From Epiperipatus broadwayi (Eukaryota > Animalia > Onychophora): a stretch of DNA of 64,000 bases. The notes beneath the pieces are model-generated. The model worked only from the letters and a program-made list of their open reading frames with translations. It had not been told where the DNA came from and searched no databases. A program made the position numbers and the translations under genes. Positions 13,200-26,665 of this stretch are shown piece after piece. Numbering within the stretch: the first letter of the stretch is position 1; every line of letters begins with the position of its first letter. The stretch lies in contig JAQFVV010000002.1 in the NCBI GenBank assembly GCA_028023455.1, positions 23,684,001 through 23,748,000 of the forward strand. Direction: 5' to 3'.

Positions 13200-13500
13200 A
13201 ATTCAAACGATTTAGCAGCCAAAGTTGGATCTTTTTATTTTAATGGATGTCAGATTAAAAATATGAATCAGTTTAAATATCTTGGTAGATGTCTAAGCAG
13301 AACAGTATGCTTAGATATTGAGGGTGTACAACATATTCCAATATTCAGCAACGAATACATTTAACATGTTAAACTCTAGGGTATTTTATTATAGTGATAA
13401 AGTTCTTCAGCTGGTAAAAAGTTGCTTACAGAGTTGATATTCTATCAAATTTATTGTATGGGAAAATTTCATTTAAAGAGATTCCACAATATTTTAAAAA
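13200..13500 (+). mobile_element. Highly decayed non-LTR RT fragment
   Basis: Reads ...QIKNMNQFKYLG... and ...ILSNLLYG, motifs from the distal RT region of RTE-like LINEs. Confidence 0.5.
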
Positions 13501-14938
13501 CAAGATGGCAGACAGAAACATACACGGACATGGCAAGTTAATAAAAAAAACATATAAAAAATTATTGTTGCTGAAAATATGAAACAAATCACATTTATTT
13601 TATAATTTTGATGCAAAGAAAAAAGAAGTATATACTTTAAAATAAAAGTAAAATCCTGTGAATCGTTACAGATTTTAAAAATAAATTATTTAATAATTTT
13701 TAATCTGGCAGAAAAGGAATGCTTAATTGGATTTCTTAATACATATGAAATTGAGATATGACAAAAAGAATAAAAATAAGTAATTTTAATCTAATTGAAG
13801 TTAAATGAAAACGAATACTAAATAAATGATAAAACAATATAACTTTTAAAAATTCAAGCAAATATTTTGAAGTATTTGTGAAAAACAGCCTTTTATGATG
13901 TAAAAGTAACATTTCCTTGCCATTCCCATAACCTGGATTCAAATCGGGGCTGAATAAAACAAAATTGTTTACATATTCTAAAAGGGCTTAGAACTTTTTT
14001 CCAGTTAACTGGCTCATTATCAATCCATTCAACCATTCTATATTGATCAGTAAATGGGCGTCTAGATATTCTTAATTAAAGGATAAAAAAATTCAAATTT
14101 TCAACTAGAAAAATTTGATAATACCTTCTTCTTCTCTGATTATTTCTGAAGAGATGTTGGGAGTTCATTGACCTAAAGTGATCAATTTAAAATCTGTTTT
14201 ATCATTATCTTATTTATTAGCAAGCTAATGGGGTTCAGTAGATAGCCATAAAGTGAGATTAAAGATTGTAGCAACCAATTATGATATAAGTTAGATAATT
14301 TAAAAATATAATAATAGAACTTTTATATATAAATAAATTAAAGCAAAATTATCTTAAGCAGGAAAAGATATTTTGGAGAAATACATAAATTCAATTAGAA
14401 GTTGCATATTCAGATAGACAGGTCATTGATACAATATTGATAGTTTGATACAAGTTCTCTAACTAAATAATATCAGTTGCCAAGCAACACTTTAAAAAAG
14501 TAAACATATAATAACTGGACACAAAGTATCTTATTTATCATATTCTGTTATAGAAAGTATAATAGCAACCAATGACTTAAGAAATAATACAATGCAAGAA
14601 ATTAGCTTTCTGTACAACAAGAATAAATAGATGTGTAACCAGAAAGCTTGTAATATAAGAACTGATCTTATTATGATTGTAGCATAAGTGTTCTTTATAT
14701 GATCATTAGGCAGCAAAAATAAACATGCAAAATGTGTGATTATATTATTTCATAAGAATCTGTATAAATAGAAGCAAAGTATAGATAAAAACTGAGAAGG
14801 AAAGAAAGTGTATTCAATGAAAATTCTTTTTTTATATAATCCCACAGAGCAATATAAAGATCATTTAAATGATCTTATAAATAATTCCTTTTTCTTAATC
14901 TGTGCCAATCTATTTTTTATTTTTATACAAAACTCCAA

Positions 14939-15340
14939 TTTTTTTTTGTTTTATTTTGTAATTATTTACATAAATAATATTTATCTAAAAGACCAAATTC
15001 CATGTCTTCATCAGATTCTTCACCTTCTTTCTTTTTCTCTTCCTTTTTCTCTTTCTGAGCAGCAGATTTTGTATCTATTGCAGCACTGCCAGCTACAACT
15101 GCTCCACCTGAAGGAACAGAAGCCTTTTTTTCTTGCCATCGCTAATTATTTCCTCTATACTTTTTTCATTAAGCTGAGTAAGAACTTTATCAAGCTTTGC
15201 CGTATCAGCTTTAATACCAACACATCCCAAAATTTTTTTCTAGATCTTTTTCATGGAGGCTTCTCATTACCTCCAGGGGCAGTTAACAAATAAGCAGCTG
15301 TGTAACACATTTTTAAAAGTCTTCAGTGAGACGCAAAATG
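14939..15340 (-). pseudogene. RPLP2: Processed pseudogene of 60S acidic ribosomal protein P2
   Basis: Intronless. ATG at 15310: MCYTAAYLLTAPGGNEKP..KDLEKILGCVGIKAD..KLDKVL.QLN.KSIEEII..G...ASVPSGGAV...EEKKKEGEESDEDMEFGLLD, with frameshifts and the stop lost (14980-14982). AATAAA at 14950-14955 and A9 at 14939-14947. Confidence 0.92.
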
Positions 15341-18300
15341 AACATGCTTTATCTTTAATGGTAAAAAAGGTATAAGAAAAGAATGTTATTTGCAAGTTCA
15401 TTTTTAAAAAATGATTTTTTAGGAATCTGGTTTGTGAAATATCATAGTAACATTTTCAGATTTGGTTGTTCCATAAATGGGTTTATATTATCAGTATTGC
15501 ATATTTGACAAAGCTATAACTTATTTATGGGCTTATTAAAATTTATTACAATTTCTGATATAGTGGAAATTAAAGACCATTTAGTTTTTGTTAGCTTTTC
15601 AGAACAAAGCAGTGATGAAATTGACTTTTTTTGTATTCGAATTATTATTCAAATGTGTTGAATATAGAAACAGTGCTTATTGATGCAACAATAGGTGTTA
15701 CTATTTGTCAGAAAAAATATTTCAGACTTTCAAGCCCCTTCACTATCCACACTATCTCATACTACTGATACACATGACCACACACATGCATTGCTATTAG
15801 TTAACATAGATCATATGGTGCTTTATTTTGTATATTTTTATTTTTTAACCTCATCATTCTGATAATTTTATAACTAACTACACGGTTGTCTATGAGCATT
15901 AAAAATTTTGTTTTACCACAATATTCATTCCTTTTCAGTGGAAAATAGATTCCAAATAAATACAATGAATTAAAATTGAATTTCATAAAAATTCATGTTA
16001 AATGTCCAATTATATAAAGGACAAAAAAGATATTTCAAATATGAGGTGTTATTCAATGCATTGCTTAGGAATAAAGAATTATAAAAGCATATTTGAAAAT
16101 TTTATCAAAGTTTAAGAAGGCAATAGAAGAAAGACGATTAAAAATCTTAAGGAAAGAAATAATTGGTTATTTGGTAAATAGAAGTAGAGAAAGAGGAAAG
16201 TTTGAAAAAATGATCTGTATGAATCTGCTTTAAATAAGAACGTTGGCAGTAATGATGATCTTTATGTAATTTGATTCACACTAAACTGTCGTTATTACTA
16301 TAATACTTCTTTTTTTTTATTAAATCTAGTCCACAGCTTTGAAATATGTTATATACTATCAAATATATAAAATGATTATATATCTTCAAGCAAAATTATT
16401 GAATTAAATTTACTATGATTTTTGACTAAATTAATTATTTTCTTAAATTTATTTTTATAATTAATACAAAAACAATTAAATATATCCTCCCCATTATATA
16501 AATTTTTGAGAGTTACTTGTTATATTCGCTTATATACCTCATATAAGCATATAACATGTTCCAATTTTTCCAATAAAAATTTTAGATTTTTTATTTTTGA
16601 AAAATTATTACAAAAAAATATTAAAAAGATACATATATAACGTGAATGCAACAGGCATAAAAAAGTACAGTGATATATCAGCGAAAATTTGGTAATATAC
16701 TTTGATATTTTCATTTAAAAATATTATTGCATAGATGGCTATTTGTATTCACTAGGTTAAATACAATTTATAAATTTTTGTTTGTAAAAGTTATTTATAA
16801 TTTCGATCCAAAATGCCTTTTAAATACATTATTATAAAATGCTGATTTTGGTATTTTACGGTTGCATCAAATTGATATTAAAATATAGTTTCAGTTTAAC
16901 TTGTTTGACACATTTTGAATGAAATATTTGAAGAATCAACATTATCTTGCTTTATATTCTTTCAGCATCAGTTTTCCTATATATTTCATTTTATAGGTTG
17001 ACATTTAAGTCCTGAACTTAATTAATGTTCTTTATGCTTTTATATTTAGTAATGAATTTTTTATAACTTATTATCTTCTATTATTTATGATCTTTTTTTT
17101 CTTCATATTTATAAATGAATTTGTATTATTTAAAAATTGGATTTTTAGTTATTTTTTTAAATTATGTTTTATATTTAAGTATTTTTACTCTTTTTGTGTA
17201 TATATATATATATATGGGAGATAGTAATCTGGACCAATTGATGAATGCTGATGTAATTTAAAGTGATTGCTATCTTCATGCTCTCATTTCCATACACTTA
17301 CGATTTGCCGATACATAAATGTTTGGGTCAAAAGGATGGGTGGATTCATTCCATCTTTTCTAAAAAAAACTATATCTCATGTCTGGAAAAGTGAGAGTAT
17401 TCATTTATAATTTATCTTTAAAGCGCATGTGCATTGGCTTAATCGCTAATATCACTATTAGTTTGTTTTAATAAAAATGTTTATCATTAATATAACATTT
17501 TCATTGTATGTTCTTAATTTTGGTTTATTAGATTTTATTAAGGAAATGTTTTGAGAAATGTATAAATTACTTATGCCAACATGTTCATTTAATAGTCGAA
17601 CCTTGAGGAAAATTAATACACAAGATTGTGACCAGAAAGTGAAATCCCAATAATATTACATTTAATTACTTGCCTTGAATCAGTGGGATGCAATGCAAAT
17701 TAGTGGGTTACTGGCCCTGATGCCTTCTTAAACAAATAAAAAACTGATTCCATGGCAATTCAAATCCAAATAAAATATTAGATCAGTTAATCAGAAAATG
17801 TAACTGTGTTTTAGAAATACCTGAATTCATACATGAATGGAATAAATCTTACATAGTTTGATTAACTAATGCATTATTCTGTATAATGTATGCACCTAAT
17901 TTATCTGTAAACAGTACTATATATATATATATATATAATTCATGGAAAAATGAATCCAGGCTTCTTCTGGGGCAGTGAACAAATTCTCCCCAGTGTCTAG
18001 TGAGAAAAGTTTTTGATATATTTTTTCTGAGTCATGTATAAACATTTAGCCTGCAATCAAATGTTACACATATTAAGACATATTTTTTCACCTATTCTAA
18101 AATCCACTTCAGGACACATAGGAGATATAACAATACTATCATAGTTTATTTGTTGGGATCTTTTAGTTTTATTGGTCTCTGTAATATGTATAAATTTTAA
18201 CTCCAAAAGCAGTCAAAGAAATATTCATTTTACCAATACTGTCTTGCATTTTAATATGGCACTGTGCGGTTCAGTGTAGTGGTTGAGTAGCAGATTCTGG

Positions 18301-18972
18301 CATTTAATTATTTTTATTTTATTTGAATATGTACAATTTAGTTACTCTCAAATTGGCTAAATTCAATGTACTTTAATCTATGACACTATCCTAGGCTAAG
18401 TAATGATAAATTATTCACTCTAGAGGTACTTGATACAATTATTACTTTTGCTTAGTGTAACATTTGACTAAGCACAATGCGATGAATATGAATAGAGATC
18501 TATTAAGAATTTGTCCTTGCTGCTAGTTAATGAGCAATTGATTTGCATCACAAGGCTAGGGAACTCCTATAGTTGAATTTGATCATTTATTTTTATGACA
18601 AATGAAAGTATTGAAGATTTTTGTAACTTGACAATCAACAGTTATTGGAAGATAAAAAATGTTTTTAGCATTTAAAAAAAATGGCTTTATTGTTCAGATG
18701 TTCATAAGAATTTTGAACGCCCAATTTGTAAGTGTCAGACCTTTGATCACAAGAATTGATCATGGAACCTCCCAATCCCAAGTTCTACATCCTACCAACT
18801 GCACCAAACCACATAGGGTTTCAGCATTTATAATAATGCAAGATAAATACAGATTACTTTAACATCTTTGTTAATATTAGAAAATTTTTGATTGAATGAT
18901 AAACTAAATGAGATTGGTTATTCTCAGTTTTTGCATATTATTTAAAACATTTGAATTTATTGGTCTATAAAG

Positions 18973-19130
18973 TGTACGGGATTTGAACCCAGCTTTTCAA
19001 GCTCCCTTCAGCTATCCACTCTATCTCATACAACCAATACACATTACCACACATATGTATGAATTAGAGGAGATAGCTAAGGGGAGCTTGAAAATCTGGG
19101 TTTAAACCCCTTACAATTATGTCTAAACTT
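18973..19130. mobile_element. Family G fold-back copy
   Basis: gggatttgaacccagcttttcaagctcccttcagctatc is the inverse of gatagctaaggggagcttgaaaatctgggtttaaacccc. Confidence 0.7.
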
Positions 19131-19819
19131 CAAGTATATTAAATTATACTCAAATGCTAGTTAAAGAAAAAAAAAAACAATTAGTAAATTGCCGAAGATT
19201 ATTTCGTTTAATTGGCTCCTCCAGTGATCAAATATTATATGATCTCTCAAGCATTATTATAAATTTGAGATAAATATTGCGCTAATGCAATTAAAATGTT
19301 AACAAAATAAATAAATATTATAAATCAATGTACTTTTTGTTTTCTTATTTAAAAAAATTATAAATTCCGCAAATTGGTTTATATTTTTAAACGTATTAAT
19401 ACATTAGGTTTATAATTGACTTTGAAATCTTTTTTTTTTTTTTGTTAATTAAATCATGAAAATGTTAGCACATATGTATGGATCGTTCACTATCTCAAAA
19501 ATATAAGACAAAGTACCGAATATGATATTTTCAATTATCAAATGTATATGGGTTTTTATAATGTAATTATTGTTTTTAATGCAAGTAATAATATGTTTTA
19601 AAGAATATATGAGCAAAATGAATAATCAGAAATTAATAGAATATCTTTTATATAATTAATATATTGTTTAATCGATCAATTAGTGAATTTTTAAAATTAT
19701 GAAATACTAAAATAGTTTAATATACAATAAATCATTCCGATTTTTTTCTGTTGTACCCCACTTCTAGTTTGTCAAAGATAATCCTCTTGGTGTATTTTAG
19801 AGAAATATAAATAATAAAA

Positions 19820-20224
19820 GATGTGACAACATGTTGGACTATTTCCATCATCTATCATTAAATGTTGAATGTCTAGAAAAATTTTCCAAATATAAACAAC
19901 TGCTAGTTATAAATATACAGTGGCAATGCTAATATAGAAATCAAACATATCCTTAGATGATTGAATATCGAATTTTAGGGCATTATCACTGGTCAGGCCA
20001 ACTACACCTCAAGAAGAGAAAAAATACTACTCCTCCACTCAAAATGTGTAATCTACTAGCCCGTGTTGTTTTTACGTTATTATTTTAATGGCTGTTTTAT
20101 ATTTGGAAAAGTTTAAATAAAGTTGAAATTTTTCTAGACGTTCAGCATTTAATGATAGTTGATGGAAATAGTTCAACATATTATCATATCTAAAATACCA
20201 ACATCACAGATCTTCAGGAAAACA
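19820..20224 (+). mobile_element. Family A solo insertion with inverted cap
   Basis: Inverted cap at ~19825-19900, body at ~19960-20050, 3' end with ~36-nt tail to 20224. TSD ataaat(a/g)ataaaa at 19807-19819 and 20225-20237. Confidence 0.75.
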
Positions 20225-22106
20225 ATAAATGATAAAATTTAAATATTTAGATGAAAATTAAATAAAGAAGATTTATTTATTAAGTTTATGTGTTTTGCTA
20301 CTTCATTGCTGATCTCAAATAATTATATAAAATGTATATTTTAATTAATGAAATGAAACAATTTATGACTTTTTTTGCATTAAATTGCTTATAAAGAAAT
20401 ATTAAATAATGATGTTATTATAATAAATAATAACAGCAGAACCGCATTTTTCGGTTGATTTAATTCTGGTTCGACACGTGCTTGCTTTTTTTTTTTTTAA
20501 AAAAAAAAAAACAAACAACTAATAATAAATACAATAATATTAATTTTGTTTTCTCTACCATTATCTATTTCCTGAATGGCCTTTTTAAAAATATTTATTA
20601 TGGGTCAGGCCTAAAGTCTTACGTAAACTTTTTCTATATCTTTATATAATTAATTAGATTAATAGTGGGCTGGATTAACGTGTTATTACGATAAACTTGT
20701 TTTATGTTTATTTGATAATCTCACAGGTGTTCACACTTTCAGAAGGTGTAAATAAAATGATTGAAACTTTGTCTATGAATATATAAAAATTGTTTTAGAA
20801 AAGTATAATAGTGTTAATAGTACTATATATTTTTTAACGCTATTATTATTACTTTTCATCATTTAACTGTTCAATTAATTATATTTAGACAGTCAATTAA
20901 ATTAGAAATAGAATAAAAACTTTCTAAAAAATAATGATACATAAAAAGTATATAAATATATTTGTAATTTGATCATCTTTTTATAAAGATTGAATAACAT
21001 TATCAGATATATAATAGTCCAGTTAGTTTAAAACAGATGGCCATTAATATTGCACACACAATCTCATAAATGCTAAAAAATTTACTATACAAAATATTAT
21101 GTAAGTAAATTGACAGAAAAGATCTCTCCAACAATGTATAAATAACATTAACATCTTGTAGAAATTCATGTTTAACTCTCAGTCAGATAAAAAGAGTCCT
21201 ATTTTGCCTAAAATTCAAGAACTTATATAAAAGACAAGTCTAAACAATGATCCCGAATCCGATCAAGCTTCAACTCATTCGCCGTGATTTAACACCTTAC
21301 AAATGACGTTTCCGTGGTTACACATGGGTCTCAATTTCTTCTACGAGCCGGCTCTGAACAGAGATAGGCATGAGAGTCAAAAAGTGACTAAATAAGAACT
21401 AACCAGAGGTTAAAATAGACTACTTAACACACTAATTAATTTAAAACCAAAATGATTTACTATAATACATATCACATATATATAAAATAATAAGGAATTG
21501 GATTGGAATCAGACTACGAACAAGAAAGATATGAAATGAGTTTTATATTTTAATTTAGATAGATTTATTAAAACAATAAAATCAAACAAAACAAAATGAC
21601 AATAATTATATAGTGTTAAGTATGTGGGAACGATAGTAGGTGAGGTTAAATTATTACAGCAATCTCAATTTAACCCTTTTAAATGGGTGTGTGTGTGTAC
21701 GGTTAATAAGATTTATGCCTATAATAGTTAATATGCCAAATCTTTTTTTCACATTATAGTTTGCTAATACGACAAGTGAATATGCTAGCCAAAGATGGAC
21801 TATTCATTACAGCCTTCATATAGCTGTTATTTATATACATTCAAAAATGAGTGACAAATTAAGCTCAAGGTGATGCAGATTCAGCCTAGTAAACAAAGAT
21901 TCAGGTTTCAGATTAATGCTGAACAGTCATTTAATAAGAGAAAAGAACTGGATACTCTAGATCCATATATATATATATGCTATGGCACTGACTAAAACAT
22001 TAAGAAATAAGTTTGCAGTGTGGGTGGGTAATTGTTCATGGGCTTTTGTATCAAAATGCATGGTGACTGGATGGCTTGCTACAATTAAAATATGAACAGT
22101 CCAAGT

Positions 22107-22217
22107 TCAGGAACTTGAATAGGCTTTATCAAAACGGTCTGGATCCTCATGTTCCAGTTCTAATAAAAGTAGCCATATCTGAACTAAAGGTGGATGGGAA
22201 CAACCTCCATCATGAAC
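22107..22217 (-). CDS. Candidate terminal coding exon of an unidentified host gene
   Basis: Acceptor gcattttctgatAG, then open phase-0 frame VHDGGCSHPPLVQIWLLLLELEHEDPDRFDKAYSSS*. The other two frames close early. Non-repetitive sequence; product not recognised. Confidence 0.4.
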   Translation of the reverse strand, partial: VHDGGCSHPPLVQIWLLLLELEHEDPDRFDKAYSSS

Positions 22218-22935
22218 CTATCAGAAAATGCAGCAAGACACAATGGGCTAAGTGTACTTAGTAAAAACACACAATGCACAAAACAAATGCTAATAGGTAT
22301 ATTTAAAATTAAATGCATCTAAAACAGATAGCTTTTATCAGTTTGGCTAACAGAACCCAGTTCTTAAAATAGCATTATAATTACACTAACTCAAAAGGGC
22401 TAAAACTAAATTAAACTTCTATTGCTATTTTTCCTTTAGAAAGTTTTCTATATCTTTCCTATTTTATCTCTCCTATTTATTATATTTTCACCCACATCTA
22501 TCAATAAAACAATCAATATTATACCTCATTAAAGATTTGATGAGAAAATATTTATAACATAATTTGGATTACCTCTCCCTCCTAAATAAAAAACATGATT
22601 TCAGTTCACCAAACTTTTTTTTGTTATGAAAAGTTTTACTCTTTCTTCATTTTACATGAACAGTTCAAAGAAAATATACTCTTACAATAGGAAATTCATT
22701 ATGATTACATCCAACAAAATGATGATATATATTATAAACTATCATTAAATGAAATTTCCTTATGCTTTTAATGCAACATTAACATGAGTTCATATCTTAT
22801 TTCCTTTCAGTAAATATGGCAGAATGATAGTACAACATCTGAAAACAGTGGCAGCACTTTTGATTCCATTCTACATTTCAGTATCAAGGTTTAATCTCTT
22901 TACTGAAAGGCTACTAAGATATTTAAATTGATAAT

Positions 22936-23157
22936 TATAAATTTATTTAAATGCACATTGATTACTTAAGTAATATTCATTAAGGCTATAGCCTCAAACA
23001 CATGCGTATAAAAATGCGATAGTAGGGACCTCTACAGGTCTTAAACCACAAGCTTACTCTTTTCTTCCAAAGAGTAAGCTTGTGGTTTAATACCTGCAGA
23101 GGTCCCTATTATCGCATTTTTATATGCATGTGCTTGAGGCTACAGCTTTAATGAATA
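22936..23157 (-). mobile_element. Family D palindromic retroposon
   Basis: Inverted arms of ~92 bp (22971-23062 / 23069-23160) with 7 mismatches, and a 35-nt unpaired tail at 22936-22970. TSD ttaaattgataat at 22923-22935 and 23158-23170. Confidence 0.85.
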
Positions 23158-23619
23158 TTAAATTGATAATACAAACTGATAACTGCCCAGCTAAAACTTA
23201 TTGATTTTTTTTACTAAACCAAGATTTTTTTGAATGCATTGAAGACATTATATAGATCATTTTTTAAAATGGCAAGAATATGCTTATGGTAGTATTATTC
23301 CAGAATCAATAATAGATGTAATTATATAAACCAAGAACATAGAGCTTTTGTTTCTAATCAGTTCAAATTAAAAATTCTACTACAAAATCTATGACACAGA
23401 TTGAGATTTGCTTTATAAACTGTTTCAAAGATTGCTGTCATAGTGGGAGGTGGTATATGTACTTATTTATCTTCAGTTTTTCTTTCAAATGCCTCAAAGC
23501 TTCCATTATTGGCAATAGTCATTCCACTCAGATCATGTAGAACATATAATATGAATAAATTTCAGGTATTGCATGCTTGATTTTTCAAAGGTTTTGATTA
23601 AATCAATAAAAGCAATGTA

Positions 23620-23763
23620 AACAAGGCAAAACTCTCCATATAGTAGTGCCACCCTGTGCCAACCCTGCTCTGGTTGGCACAGGGTGGCACTACTGTATGG
23701 AGAGTTTTGCCTTGTTTATAAATAATTATGTGCTAGTATAAGAGATGGTAATCATGTGATGCT
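23620..23763 (+). mobile_element. Family B copy, near-perfect hairpin
   Basis: 47-bp arms (23618-23664 / 23672-23718) with 1 mismatch and a 45-nt tail. TSD taaaagcaat(g/a)ta at 23607-23619 and 23764-23776. Confidence 0.9.
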
Positions 23764-25271
23764 TAAAAGCAATATATTCTTAATTTTACTCTTTTTTTGC
23801 TTTTATATGATCAACATATCTAATGGTTTTTTTAGTTCTCTAAAACCACATTGAGTTTTATCAAAACACTCATCTAAAACATGAACAAAATTTTTGAAAA
23901 GACTTTTTTTGAAAAGAATATCAATACTCGATAACAATTACCACAGTATTTCTTTTCTCTTTATTTGACAAATTGGATTAAAATAAGCATTCTCATGATC
24001 GACTAACACAATTGTATGAATTCGTTTGTATATTCCTGGACAATTCACATACTTTTCAAGTTAAATGTTACGAGAACATTTCAAACTTTTTGCCATATAT
24101 TCCACAAACTGGCAATTTTTTTATTTTTAGGATTACAAAGAATTATTGTAATTTTAAATCCAAATATAGCTTCTACGTAGAATAGATATATCATTGTAAG
24201 TGATCATCTAAATTCTTTTATCATGATTCAAATGATGATAAAAATACTCTCTCCATCTGCTTGAAACATGATCATTACCATATAAAAGAGTACCATAATA
24301 GAATACTGATATCAAAAAAGATAATTACAATTTTTCTGGGCATAAATGACTAAGTTTTATTTTAGTCAAATTACTAACAGTATAATTACACTTAGAGAAA
24401 CAATCAGGAATCTCTTGAGTAACCCCACAAATTTACTTATATTCACAACACAAATAAAAATTTTATTATAACAAAAATTCTTGAAACATATGATTACGGT
24501 ATCTAAAAAAGTTCCAAGATGCATTTCTGAATAAATCTTTAATTAATCCATGTTACAAACTTTTTCTTTAAAATAATTTTGTGCCATCTAAAAAAATGTA
24601 GAGTTCAAAATTTTGTTAAAATTTAACATAAGTAGAAGTTATTTATAAAGAACAAACATTAAATTTCCTATCAATACATTTGGGATATCTATATTTTACT
24701 CTAATTATTATCTTGGTCTTGGGGTGTATATGATCTGTCTAACATTTTGTGACTAAAAGTGCTTATGTATACTCACATCTTTTATATTATAATTCATAAT
24801 GTGGTAGAGTTAAGAGCATGGATGAATTCAAGATTTTTTACAATGATTTTTCTGCCTAAACAAAATATTTGTAAGAAACAATTGATGATTTGTACAAAAA
24901 CTCAATAACACATCATTCAAATTCACAGTGTTAATACTATTCTTTCCATAAAAGTTGGGACTATAATTTGCTGTTTTCATAGATTGTATTAATATCTCTG
25001 TAAAAAATATTTATGTAATAAAAATCCAACAAGAAATTTTTCTTTAAACTTTCTTAATCTAAAAACAGAGTTTATTATTACATACTTTTTTTTAATATTA
25101 TCACTCTATACTGACACATTTAAAAATTTTAAGAATAAAATAACAAATTAGATCTTACAGTGACTCAGACATATGAAATCTTCTTTCCTTCAATCACTTG
25201 TAAACAGCTATTTATCCATTAAACAGTATTATTCTGAAAACAAATTTTACTAAAAGCAATTATATTGATTT

Positions 25272-25817
25272 TAAATTTCATATATATATATATATATATA
25301 ATCTTATAATTAAAATATTTATAAATACAGTAATTAAATATATGTAAAGTATAACTTTAAAAAATTGTATCCACTTAGGAGCGCTTTTGACTATCCTTGT
25401 AGTCTTTATCAACTAACACTTTGAAAGGCTAACCTTCCCACAATACTGTGATCTTAAAATTTGCTGCCTGTTTGATTATTAAGTTTTATTTGTATTTGTA
25501 TATTAGTATCGTTTTTATTTTCCTTTTGTTGTTATTTTTTTCAATTTGCAATATTTTTAAGTTATTATAATTGAAGTTAAAACTATAAATACATGACTTA
25601 TTATGGCCATTTGTATACAAATACAAACAAGACTTAATTAACAGACAGGCAGCAAATGTTAAGATCATGGAATTGTGGGAAGATTAGCTTTTCAAAGTGT
25701 TAGTTGACAAAGACTACGAGGATAGTCGAAAGTGCTCTTAAGTGGATAAAAATTTTTAAAGTTATGCTTTACATATATCTAATTACTATATTTATAAATA
25801 TTCAATTATAAGATTAG
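25272..25817 (-). mobile_element. Family E palindromic retroposon with a decayed hammerhead in each arm
   Basis: Inverted arms of ~205 bp (~25299-25505 / ~25612-25817). TSD tatattgattt at 25261-25271 and 25818-25828. Hammerhead remnants at 25375-25416 (-) and 25700-25741 (+). Confidence 0.8.
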
Positions 25818-25859
25818 TATATTGATTTGAAGAAATACAGACACTGAATTATAATATTA

Positions 25860-26665
25860 TTACATATGTATAACCATTAGAAACCAGTCAACACTTAAAC
25901 GATCCCAATATAGATAATAATCAATAATCTCAAACTGTTGTCAAGGCAACTTCCTTTTAATAATATAGGTGGAATATATATATATGTTGACATGATTTTT
26001 AAGGATTACATATATAAATGATATACTTTGTGAGTTTATTCATGTATGGCTTTTGATAATTACTATATCATTGTTTTGTTGTTTACACAAACCATCATCT
26101 GGGTGATGAATAAGATATTATAAAGATGTTTGCAGAGGTGTTGTAAACACTGGTTTATAAAAATGCTAAAATTCCACCAATAGAAAACAGGTATACAAAA
26201 TTGATTAAAAAAGTCAAAAAATTTTTAGTTTTTTTTTTTTTTTAATTCTTCCAAATAGAAGGAAGTTTGAATGTATCATCATTTTTATTGATATAATTTG
26301 GTCTTTTTAATATTTCAAAGACTTCTCTGATCTTATATTGGTAGAGAGTGTCACATCTGGATAGGATCCTGCTATTAGAAAATCATGACCTAAATTCATA
26401 ACATGGAATAAGAGTGCTGCTGATGATGAGTGTTTCTTAATTGCATTAGCATGTTAATCTCTAGTACTGATGTGATGAAGTGACTTTACAAATCCCACAT
26501 GAAACTTCATAAACTCCATGAGCCTCAAGACGGATACAATGTTACTAATTTTTTGGCAAGTAGTATATGCTGTTTTTATATTATAGCATTTTAGTATATG
26601 TCCAATATTGTCTGCAGTTCCTTTTATATATTCTATTAATTTTAACAAAGGCATAAAAAACAAAG
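25860..26665 (-). mobile_element. PLE lineage P2: GIY-YIG remnant and 3' pLTR
   Basis: Frameshifted YIKGTADNIGHILK.YNIKT...HGVYEVSCGICK...REV.EILK..N.INKND...KLPSIW. Homologous to 52570-53040. Confidence 0.75.

Noticed and set aside
13736-14200. Possible minus-strand exons (ISRRPFTDQYRMVEW…, PDLNPGYGNGKEMLL…)
   Set aside because: Splice sites and phases are ambiguous, and it may be TE debris.
14808-15293. 161-aa plus-strand ORF
   Set aside because: It is the antisense shadow of the RPLP2 retrocopy.
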